Positions 1 through 7,420 of a stretch of 64,000 bases of DNA are shown one piece after another. Source of the stretch: a virus; IMG/VR virus record IMGVR_UViG_3300009104_000014, positions 7,020 to 71,019 of that record; one strand, 5' to 3'. The stretch's first letter is position 1. The number at the start of each line of letters is the position of its first letter. The translations under genes were made by a program, and so were the position numbers. A model generated the notes under the pieces. It saw only the letters and a list, made by a program, of their open reading frames with translations, ran no database searches and was not told where the DNA came from.

Positions 1-20
1 TGAGCAGAGGCAGACATAGG

Positions 21-374
21 TTGCTACAAACGCGAATCTACGATTGGTTGAGCGAAGGTAGAATAGCAACTGCCACAGAAATAATTGATTGGTATAAATC
101 AGCATTCAAAGGTGGATATACGAATGGGAAGAAGCCGTATGTGAGAGCGGCGAGGGGTTCGGGAAATATACCCAACGCAAGCACATTAGGCAACATCATG
201 CGTCGTAGCATTCTGTTTGAATGTGTAGAGAACGACAAGCATTCCCGCAAGCACAGAGTATGGGCGGCTCGCCCGTTAGAGGAAGTGGTAGAGAAAGCGA
301 TTCTTGCTAACTCACCACTTAGCAAATACCCCTCTTTCCTAAGGGAAGCAATAGAAATGGAGATGAAAGAATGA
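21..374 (+). CDS. winged-helix protein (DUF3860/HARE-HTH-like), paralog of 6324..6689; true start may lie upstream of the window
   Basis: Helix-'ATATEIIDWY'...'NASTLGNIMRRSILFECV' pattern; C-terminus 'PLEEVVEKAI..PLSKYPSFLREAI' matches 'PLKEAAAKAI..PIHKYPLILREAM' of 6324..6689. Confidence 0.6.
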   Translation: MLQTRIYDWLSEGRIATATEIIDWYKSAFKGGYTNGKKPYVRAARGSGNIPNASTLGNIMRRSILFECVENDKHSRKHRVWAARPLEEVVEKAILANSPLSKYPSFLREAIEMEMKE

Positions 375-796
375 GAACGAAAACATTACACACAATAGAC
401 ATAGGGCCGCAACACGGAAAGCAAACGATACTCCGCGCAATCGCGGAAGTAGACAGGTTGCTAAAGACAGGGTTATTGAGGCGACTCTCAATACAGAATA
501 GCATGATATTTGCTTATAGCCAACCTTGGGCTTCTAACTCGGAGATTCTTTACCAAATCCGATTACCATTCGATTTCAACAGAAAGCAACGAGAACCATC
601 AGACTCAGGGCCTTGGTTCACACCAACTACCGAAGAGGATAACTGGGTGCTATCTTATAGCAACGAGATATTCTCTAACCACACCTTGCTATTCGATTGG
701 CTAAACGAAGTAGTCCGAATAAATACAGGTGATAGGCTACGGATGATACCGACTGCGCCTGAGATATGGGCGGAGATGGATGGAGAGGATGAATGA
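371..796 (+). CDS. hypothetical protein
   Basis: 141-aa ORF with ATGA overlap coupling to both neighbours. Confidence 0.6.
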   Translation: MRTKTLHTIDIGPQHGKQTILRAIAEVDRLLKTGLLRRLSIQNSMIFAYSQPWASNSEILYQIRLPFDFNRKQREPSDSGPWFTPTTEEDNWVLSYSNEIFSNHTLLFDWLNEVVRINTGDRLRMIPTAPEIWAEMDGEDE

Positions 797-934
797 TGCG
801 CTCCTACGAGAGATTCACCGATGACCTTAAAACGGCGATTGCCTTAGTAGTTGATGAGGCGGTGAGCGACGAATGATATTATTCACAACGAAAATAGAAA
901 TAGCAATGGACTACAACCAAGGAGAGAGATACAG

Positions 935-1234
935 ATGAAAGAAGAAGAGATACTAAAGGACATATTGAAAGCAACGGAAAACCTTAGCCCTGCGGGGGTG
1001 AAGGCATTGGTAGAATCGTTGGTAAGGGATAGCACCCAACTAACCGTAGCGATAGTGAGATGCCTACAGGCCCTCAAAGCGATACAAGAAGGACTTGAAC
1101 CGTTGGGAGATGTTAGCAAGGACTTCCCCGAACTATCAAATAAAGTTGATGAGATAATGGAGAAGGTTATCCAATCTTGCCCTGATATATCAAGACAGGT
1201 AATCAGGGAAAGCCTCGAAGAGGGGGTTGAGTAA
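935..1234 (+). CDS. hypothetical helical protein
   Basis: 99-aa ORF, purine-rich RBS-like sequence upstream, abuts next ORF. Confidence 0.6.
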   Translation: MKEEEILKDILKATENLSPAGVKALVESLVRDSTQLTVAIVRCLQALKAIQEGLEPLGDVSKDFPELSNKVDEIMEKVIQSCPDISRQVIRESLEEGVE

Positions 1235-1963
1235 ATGGAGAACCTAACTGCATGGGTATTATCCACAGGAAGGGCCGACCCTGTCCCTATAGATGGGCTA
1301 TGGGCGGAACAACCGTTAGATACGGACTGGGTAGAGCATCTACAACACACATACCCTGACGAGTATTGGGCTATCGAAAAGATGCTATGCAACAACTATA
1401 CCGGCGAAGCACAATTAGCAAACGCCAATACACACAACGGACAGACATTCCCACACCCTGCTGATGGAACGAGGGTAGAGATATGCGGAATCCTATACAA
1501 CCTTAGCAACCAAGACGATATACGAACACCCTACAATACCAACTTAGGTTGCTTCGTTCTACATTGGAACCAAGACAAAGACCGAGATTCGCTAAAGCAA
1601 CATTTTGTTCGTGGTAGAGTAGTTATCATTTGTCGGTATTTAGCAAAGGGTGATGAAAGAGCAGATGATTTCATACCGGCTAAAGAATATCGCCCATTTA
1701 TCGCTAAGTCTAACGAGGTCATTGCTAATTTGGAAGTCAATGAGAACCCAATTATGATTCAATTAGAGGCCGAAGGCTACAACACAAAGGCATTACGCAA
1801 CATGGTTGAGCGAGGGGCTTTAGCAAGTGTGCGTGGTATGGACTTTGAACCCGAAATGGATGAGTTGATGGAGATAGCAACCCACATCCCAATTCCGGCG
1901 TTAGAGAGAATTATGAGGTCCCTAATAGATACTGATGAGATGCAAGAATGGTTGGGGGAATGA
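1235..1963 (+). CDS. hypothetical protein
   Basis: 242-aa ORF in a tightly packed operon; no family recognised. Confidence 0.7.
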   Translation: MENLTAWVLSTGRADPVPIDGLWAEQPLDTDWVEHLQHTYPDEYWAIEKMLCNNYTGEAQLANANTHNGQTFPHPADGTRVEICGILYNLSNQDDIRTPYNTNLGCFVLHWNQDKDRDSLKQHFVRGRVVIICRYLAKGDERADDFIPAKEYRPFIAKSNEVIANLEVNENPIMIQLEAEGYNTKALRNMVERGALASVRGMDFEPEMDELMEIATHIPIPALERIMRSLIDTDEMQEWLGE

Positions 1964-1966
1964 AAC

Positions 1967-2797
1967 ATGGAAGAACAGAATGATTTGGAATTGCTAAGTG
2001 GATGGATAGATGAACTGGTAGATGCGTATGAAGATGGTATGGATAATGTGCGTTTGGCCTATGGATATTTGGTTCAACTAATGGGAGCATTACATGGCAT
2101 AGGCTTGCCTTTGGACCCTGTAGAGGGTATGTTCATTATCAAGCACAACAAAAGCGAACCCAATGTTCTACACGACTCGATAGCAGAAACACTAACGATG
2201 ACTCAAGTTAGGCGAGTCCACTTGCTAATTGATACGGCATACGAAATGATACGACAAGAGGGAACTTATCCTGAGTCATTCGTCATGCACTACTCCACTC
2301 GACTGTATGAGAATGCAGTTATACACGCACACACCGGACATTCGATACCGGCTGACGAGATGTTGATTAAGACTATGGTTGCTATAATCGAAGAAGGGCT
2401 ACCAAAGACCTACAGTAAACAGGTAGCATTTGATATTGCCTTTGAAACAAAGTTGGCCTGTTCGCAACTAACTCTACAGAACTTCGCAAAAGCAGGGGTA
2501 AGTGGCTTTATCTTAGATTCTCGCGGGTTCGTTGCTATTGATGAAGAACACATACCAAAGGAATGCGAGCAGTTCCTTGCCTTCTTGTCCCATCACTTAG
2601 ACGAGATGGGCGGTAGAGCGAGAGCAAAGGCAAAGGGCGAGGACTCGGAGAAGTTAATCGAAGAAGAGATTGCTAAAATCATGGATGAAGACGAAGGGGA
2701 AAGGTTCATCCCACCTTCTTACCGTAGGCATTTTGAGGTCGGAGAAGATATGGACCCCGATTCAGATGAGAATGACGACGAGGTAGTGAGATGGTAG
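1967..2797 (+). CDS. hypothetical protein with acidic C-terminus
   Basis: 276-aa ORF; no family recognised. Confidence 0.7.
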   Translation: MEEQNDLELLSGWIDELVDAYEDGMDNVRLAYGYLVQLMGALHGIGLPLDPVEGMFIIKHNKSEPNVLHDSIAETLTMTQVRRVHLLIDTAYEMIRQEGTYPESFVMHYSTRLYENAVIHAHTGHSIPADEMLIKTMVAIIEEGLPKTYSKQVAFDIAFETKLACSQLTLQNFAKAGVSGFILDSRGFVAIDEEHIPKECEQFLAFLSHHLDEMGGRARAKAKGEDSEKLIEEEIAKIMDEDEGERFIPPSYRRHFEVGEDMDPDSDENDDEVVRW

Positions 2798-3354
2798 ACC
2801 ACCACACAGTAAAATTGAGTATCGAATTGATACCAAGCAACTCCTATGGGAACAACCTAAGGGGCCTTCTCAGAGGTTGCACATGGGATAGGTTGCGAAA
2901 AGCAACATACGAAGAGGCAGACCACCAATGCGAGATTTGCGGTAGCAACGGATTAGCACAGGGTAGAAAGCACCGAGTAGAAGCCCACGAAGTGTGGTCA
3001 TACGACGACGAAAATAGGATTCAGACATTGGAACGACTACAGGCATTATGCCCGTTATGCCATCAAGCAAAGCACATAGGCAGAAGCCTATCCGTAGGGG
3101 CCGGAGCAAGGACCGTTAGGCATTTAGCAAAAGTGAACCGTCTGACGAAAGAGGTAGCAGAAGATTACATCAACCGTTCTTTGGAAGAGCATACTCTCCG
3201 TTCTCACGGAGATGCTTGGTTGCTAAACATAAGTCATTTACTGACTCACCCTGCATTAACAGATGCAGACATTAGAGATTTACCCTACAATGTGGATGGA
3301 GTGTTTATATCCCATCCAATATCGGGTGATAACGAACACACAACAGAGGAATGA
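2791..3354 (+). CDS. HNH endonuclease
   Basis: CEIC...EAHEVWSY...LQALCPLCHQAKH: Zn-binding HNH signature. Confidence 0.85.
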   Translation: MVDHHTVKLSIELIPSNSYGNNLRGLLRGCTWDRLRKATYEEADHQCEICGSNGLAQGRKHRVEAHEVWSYDDENRIQTLERLQALCPLCHQAKHIGRSLSVGAGARTVRHLAKVNRLTKEVAEDYINRSLEEHTLRSHGDAWLLNISHLLTHPALTDADIRDLPYNVDGVFISHPISGDNEHTTEE

Positions 3355-3358
3355 GAAC

Positions 3359-3622
3359 ATGGATAGAAATGAGAGAAAAATAGCAAGAGGAAGCCTTGTT
3401 GGGCCTATCAGAACAACGAGTGGGAACACCTACCTGCGTTTGGATGATGTTAGCGCAATAACAACCAACACGAAAGACCACGAAGCAACATTGGTGGATA
3501 TACACTTGAAGAGTGGAACAATCTTCACCGTGTATGGTAGCGAATGGCGCATAGTCCAAGCAATGGGGTTGCCAATCGAAATAATCAATGGTGGCGATGA
3601 AGGAGTTGGTATGGATGAGTAG
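3359..3622 (+). CDS. hypothetical protein (start re-assigned to ATG 3359)
   Basis: In frame with track ORF 3263..3622; ATG lies just after the HNH stop, with GAGG upstream. Confidence 0.55.
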   Translation: MDRNERKIARGSLVGPIRTTSGNTYLRLDDVSAITTNTKDHEATLVDIHLKSGTIFTVYGSEWRIVQAMGLPIEIINGGDEGVGMDE

Positions 3623-3767
3623 TGACTGGGATTACTTTCAAGCAGAGCGAGATATGGGGCAGGTCTGCAAGCACTTAGCAAGCGCGAGCGCATCCAAGGC
3701 CATTAAGTCAAGAGCAACAAAGTTGCTAAACGCTATCACAAAAGAAGCAGAGGAACGGTCGGCATGA
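3615..3767 (+). CDS. small hypothetical protein (50 aa, not in ORF track)
   Basis: MSSDWDYFQAERDMGQVCKHLAS...; fills the gap and has an ATGA overlap with 3764. Confidence 0.55.
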   Translation: MSSDWDYFQAERDMGQVCKHLASASASKAIKSRATKLLNAITKEAEERSA

Positions 3768-4120
3768 AAGACGAATTGTTAGAACACATTTGGTATTACG
3801 AAATGGCCGATGAGAGGATGGAACGAACCACAGAGATATGGGATGAGATGGCTGACGACTTCATGCGCTCGCATGGTTGGGATGGGCCACACTTGGCGTA
3901 TGATACTAACAGAGATACAGGCACACTATGGGTGCTAATTGGTAGCAACCAAGTTGGCCTTGACTTAGTAGAGATATGGGAAGACACCGGTATTCCTGAG
4001 AGAGAAGGGGATAGGTTGCTAACTTCAATGTATGATTACGCAGAAGAACTTGCTTACGAGAACTGGATTATTAGCGGAGATGCCTTAGAATGGGAAGGGT
4101 GGTCGCCTGACGAAGTATGA
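3764..4120 (+). CDS. acidic hypothetical protein
   Basis: 118-aa ORF, translationally coupled. Confidence 0.65.
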   Translation: MKDELLEHIWYYEMADERMERTTEIWDEMADDFMRSHGWDGPHLAYDTNRDTGTLWVLIGSNQVGLDLVEIWEDTGIPEREGDRLLTSMYDYAEELAYENWIISGDALEWEGWSPDEV

Positions 4121-4133
4121 GAAATACCAAGTC

Positions 4134-4451
4134 TTGCCAACAAAGGGATTACTACTGATAGCAAAGAACGGAAAGATACAGAAAATCCGAGGGAACGAAG
4201 TATCAGTTAGATATGAAAGTAGCAACGCTACCTATTCGGAAGAGGAATGGTTTTGTCTGTTAGACAAAATCGGCGTGTGGATAATAGCGAGAAGCATCGT
4301 ATCAGCACCTGTTCAAATAGCAAGTAGCGTCTTAGCAGACCCAAGTCTAACTTGTGCTAACGCAGTATGGGCGGCTATGGAAGATAGCCAACGAGAAAGG
4401 TATACCCGCCGAAGACCAAAGTTGTTTGAGATGGAGTGGTTGAATGAGTAA
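4134..4451 (+). CDS. hypothetical protein
   Basis: 105-aa ORF with TTG start; start uncertain. Confidence 0.5.
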   Translation: MPTKGLLLIAKNGKIQKIRGNEVSVRYESSNATYSEEEWFCLLDKIGVWIIARSIVSAPVQIASSVLADPSLTCANAVWAAMEDSQRERYTRRRPKLFEMEWLNE

Positions 4452-4650
4452 AGACGAGCCACCGTTGCTACATTTAGCAAATGTAAACGGTCCTATTTGC
4501 GGATTCAAATATGAATCCAAGTGGAATGAAGAGATGCAAGAATACGAATGCACTTTCCCAAAGAAATACCTTGACGATTCACTAACTAAATTACGACCAC
4601 GATGCCCTGATTGCTTACGGGTTTATAGGGAGCAGTATACCAAGGAATAA
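4444..4650 (+). CDS. small putative Zn-binding protein
   Basis: H..ICG...CPDC pattern in 68 aa. Confidence 0.55.
   Translation: MSKDEPPLLHLANVNGPICGFKYESKWNEEMQEYECTFPKKYLDDSLTKLRPRCPDCLRVYREQYTKE
4619..4630 (+). promoter_or_regulatory. archaeal TATA-box promoter (GGGTTTATAGGG class) driving the non-coding region
   Basis: Same motif lies 29-32 nt before ATGs at 6324, 11679, 15723 and 19111; here +30 falls on 4652, the start of a long stem. Confidence 0.7.
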
Positions 4651-4651
4651 T

Positions 4652-4781
4652 TGGTGGTAGTTAGAAAGAGTTGCTAATCTAACCGAGGGGTCGTATTTGT
4701 ATTACAGAAAAGGCCGATTGTTGGTGAAGCATTTGTTGTTATTGTTTGTCTTTCTTGTGTCCCTCTTTCTAATTACCACCA
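4652..4781 (+). ncRNA. putative structured ncRNA 1 (~130 nt)
   Basis: 19-bp closing stem 4652-4670/4763-4781 (one G-U pair), irregular internal hairpin, U-rich internal strand, no credible ORF, starts at predicted TSS. Confidence 0.6.
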
Positions 4782-4790
4782 CACACAAAA

Positions 4791-4986
4791 GGGGGAATAG
4801 CAACTAAAGACTGGCGCGGCTAACGAAAACAAGGTGTTAGCCCAAAACCTATACCATGTTCGGTCTAAATGTGGAAGTAATTAGCCACAGTATAGGGATG
4901 ACGGCATCCCGCGAATCGTATGAAAGAAGGATAAGCCAAGAAGGGTCGGAGAGAGATTAGACAATTGCGCCCGTTGCTATTCCCCC
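4791..4986 (+). ncRNA. putative structured ncRNA 2 (~196 nt, multi-stem)
   Basis: Perfect 14-bp closing stem 4791-4804/4973-4986 with nested helices 4813-17/4967-71, 4818-24/4836-42, 4863-68/4957-62, 4870-74/4885-89, 4895-4900/4905-10. Confidence 0.6.
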
Positions 4987-5001
4987 ACCTTACAATAAGA
5001 G

Positions 5002-5346
5002 ATGAGTAAAATGGCAAACAGAAGAAATAAACATCGTTTAACCAAGCGTGGAAGATGGGATAGAAGCAAGGCTTTGGAATGTGCCGCAAGGTATCTCGTT
5101 GAACAAGGCAGACCATTGTCTGCCGCCACCGTATATGATAACATGAGATTCAAAGATAGAAGGAAGAGAGATGGGGGCGGTATTGGCAATCTCTATAGAA
5201 ACAATAGAACCGCACAATCATACGGACAAATCGCGGCAAGGATGCTAAGATGCCCTGCCTTTAAGCAAATTGGCAAAAACCCAATCCTTTTCTCTTGTGA
5301 TGCAGAAGCCTATGAAAATTGGTGGCCGGTTGACCCACTACAATAA
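5002..5346 (+). CDS. basic winged-helix protein (DUF3860-like paralog)
   Basis: 'RYLVEQGRPLSAATVYDNM...SYGQIAARMLRCPAFKQIG' wHTH pattern. Confidence 0.55.
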   Translation: MSKMANRRNKHRLTKRGRWDRSKALECAARYLVEQGRPLSAATVYDNMRFKDRRKRDGGGIGNLYRNNRTAQSYGQIAARMLRCPAFKQIGKNPILFSCDAEAYENWWPVDPLQ

Positions 5347-5391
5347 ATGCTCAAGCAAACCGTGATATATCCGTAGATACCTACTCGGTAT

Positions 5392-6120
5392 ATGCGACAC
5401 CCGTTGCTATTCGGTGGGAACTTCCTACTTACAACACCGGATTTGATAGAAGTTGTAGATTTCAAAGCATGGAGAAAGGTAAACAACCCAAGAGAGAATA
5501 GAAAAAGACGCAGATTCTCACCGTATCTAACACTTAGATGTGGGGAAACCTTGCTAAAATTGGTTGGTTATAGTGCAGTATGGGAGTTCTTAGATGCAAT
5601 CCAGCCTGATTTACCAAGAATACCAATCAATTCGGTTATGAAAGGATATGAGTTCTATGATATAGAAACCATGTCTTTCTTGGAAGAGGTTGCTTGGTTC
5701 TTGGTAGAGAGTGATGAAGCGTTTATTGGATTCAAGATAAACGATAATGGTTTAGCAAGAGCAGTCAAGAAACCACTTAGCAACATCCCGATAGCCAGCA
5801 AAGAATACACAGGAGCGTCAGAATTGACGCTTTTTGATGCCACAAGATATTATGTTGCTATCTTAGAAAGCAAATGCACCAGCAAATACTTTGTTTACAC
5901 CATAGGTTATGGTGTTAGACCCCTGAAAGGAAAGGTGTTTAGCAAGATAGATGAAGCGCAGATGTATGCTGTAAGAACCACCCATGAGATAGCAAGCACA
6001 GAGAATGTTATCGGCCACCAAATCCTGAGGTTCGGGATGTTTGATGAAGAGGTAGATTCATTGGAGAATGAGTTATTCTTTCAGTTATTGAACGAAACTG
6101 AAAACCAAATTACTACTTAG
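5392..6120 (+). CDS. hypothetical protein
   Basis: 242-aa ORF; TATA-like TGATATAT 29 nt upstream (leaderless). Confidence 0.7.
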   Translation: MRHPLLFGGNFLLTTPDLIEVVDFKAWRKVNNPRENRKRRRFSPYLTLRCGETLLKLVGYSAVWEFLDAIQPDLPRIPINSVMKGYEFYDIETMSFLEEVAWFLVESDEAFIGFKINDNGLARAVKKPLSNIPIASKEYTGASELTLFDATRYYVAILESKCTSKYFVYTIGYGVRPLKGKVFSKIDEAQMYAVRTTHEIASTENVIGHQILRFGMFDEEVDSLENELFFQLLNETENQITT

Positions 6121-6290
6121 CAGTAAAGCGGTTTGCTAATTCTTTCTATTCTCTATAGGACATTAAGGGAATATACTGTAGTATAACTCCCTGATATACC
6201 CCTTGAACAATAAAAAGAATAGAAAAAGTGTGATACTGCTCCGCAGTAATATGGTCTAAAATGAACAGAAACAATAGAAAGAATAAGTGG
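6072..6290. repeat. ~215-bp imperfect palindromic element, copy A (origin-like)
   Basis: ATTCTTT at 6075 and 6139, AAAGAAT at 6214 and 6278, CAGTA/TACTG pair, central TATACT-gt-AGTATA; homologous to 59695..59910. Confidence 0.75.
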
Positions 6291-6300
6291 GTTTATACGG
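6289..6300 (+). promoter_or_regulatory. TATA-box promoter of the helicase operon
   Basis: GGGTTTATACGG about 32 nt upstream of ATG 6324. Confidence 0.65.
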
Positions 6301-6323
6301 ACAACCACATACCATAGGTATGA

Positions 6324-6689
6324 ATGGGTAGCGGAAGAGCAGGTCAAACAAAGAGATTACAACAAACCGTCTATAGGCTGATACAGGAAGAGGGGCCGGC
6401 TACGGCTGATTATTTAGCGCGTCGCTACAATGACCGCCCTTATCATGCTGGCAGACAGACTCGCGGTATGAATCACGGAACCAACGCAAGAAGGTTAGCG
6501 GCAGTTATGGCTACAAGTGTTCTATTCGAGCCGGTAGGTGTAGTGAATATACCAAAAGTGGGGGCGGTTGCTATGTGGGGAACTGTCCCTCTGAAAGAAG
6601 CGGCCGCTAAAGCAATTGCTTCTAAAAGGCCCATACACAAATACCCACTAATACTACGCGAAGCAATGAAGGAGATGATGATACAATGA
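6324..6689 (+). CDS. winged-helix protein (DUF3860-like paralog)
   Basis: 'LQQTVYRLIQEEGPATADYLARRY...TNARRLAAVMATSVLFEPVG'; clear paralog of 21..374. Confidence 0.65.
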   Translation: MGSGRAGQTKRLQQTVYRLIQEEGPATADYLARRYNDRPYHAGRQTRGMNHGTNARRLAAVMATSVLFEPVGVVNIPKVGAVAMWGTVPLKEAAAKAIASKRPIHKYPLILREAMKEMMIQ

Positions 6690-7420
6690 GAGAGAGTGCT
6701 AACGATGTGGATATTTATTGGGAGAAAGAAATAGAGGGCTTGATAACAAGAGTTGTTATCGTCTGCGCCCAAGAACCATGCCCCATCCCTACAATCCTAA
6801 CCGACAATATAGACAAAGACGGAGTAAGGGTTGCTACGGTCTTATCCAAATTAGGTCGAGTTATGCCCTTCTTTGATATTGATTCTGATTTTGGAACGGT
6901 GATTTACCAACACAACCAAACATTGGTTATCAACTTCCGCGACTTTCATTCGATAGCGGGGGGAAACCATTGGTTATTCGGTTATCCTATTGTTAGAGAA
7001 ACAGTAGAGTCAGTATTGAACCGTCTATCGGAGCAACCATCAATGCCTTCTGTAGTAATAGCAACATCTACTGTTTATTGTGCGGAGCCGAAGAAGTATC
7101 TCGTAAAGAGTGAAAGTGAATCAACTCATTTTAGCAAGCAATTCAATGAATTGGAAGAAGAGATACTTCCGATGTTCGCGTATGTGAGCGCGTGGTTAGC
7201 ACAACAGAGAGGGATTGGGGCTACTATTGTTTTCTTCCGAGCAACAATAGACCAAGTAATGACTCAACAGATGTTTGCCGATGGAGTAGGCTTATTCTCT
7301 ATGATAGAACTGCCTGTAGACATAGATAAGGCGCAAGATTCTTATGATGAATACGAATCCGAGTGGGGTGTAGGTGAAATGCTTGAGTCAGATTCAGGAG
7401 TTGGGGGAATGTTTACTTGA
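6686..7420 (+). CDS. hypothetical protein, possible PAC2 (proteasome assembly chaperone)-like fold
   Basis: Size and 'SAWLAQQRGIGATIVF' resemble the PAC2-family C-terminal motif; weak similarity recalled by eye. Confidence 0.35.
   Translation: MRESANDVDIYWEKEIEGLITRVVIVCAQEPCPIPTILTDNIDKDGVRVATVLSKLGRVMPFFDIDSDFGTVIYQHNQTLVINFRDFHSIAGGNHWLFGYPIVRETVESVLNRLSEQPSMPSVVIATSTVYCAEPKKYLVKSESESTHFSKQFNELEEEILPMFAYVSAWLAQQRGIGATIVFFRATIDQVMTQQMFADGVGLFSMIELPVDIDKAQDSYDEYESEWGVGEMLESDSGVGGMFT

Noticed and set aside
2791-3354. HNH gene as an intron-encoded or RNA-guided (IscB/TIGR-type) nuclease
   Set aside because: Free-standing, coupled to its neighbours, no RuvC or Nop domain, no interrupted host gene and no adjacent array
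4856-4960. 34-codon ORF MFGLNVEVISHS... inside ncRNA 2, and minus-strand ORFs 4865..5116 and 4977..5189
   Set aside because: No RBS or coupling, no protein features, and the region is better explained by nested base pairing
4652-4990. tRNA, tmRNA, RNase P or SRP identity for the structured RNAs
   Set aside because: Despite GGGGG...CCCCCACC and ...ACCACCA ends, there is no T-loop (GTTCRA), cloverleaf or conserved RNase P/SRP core
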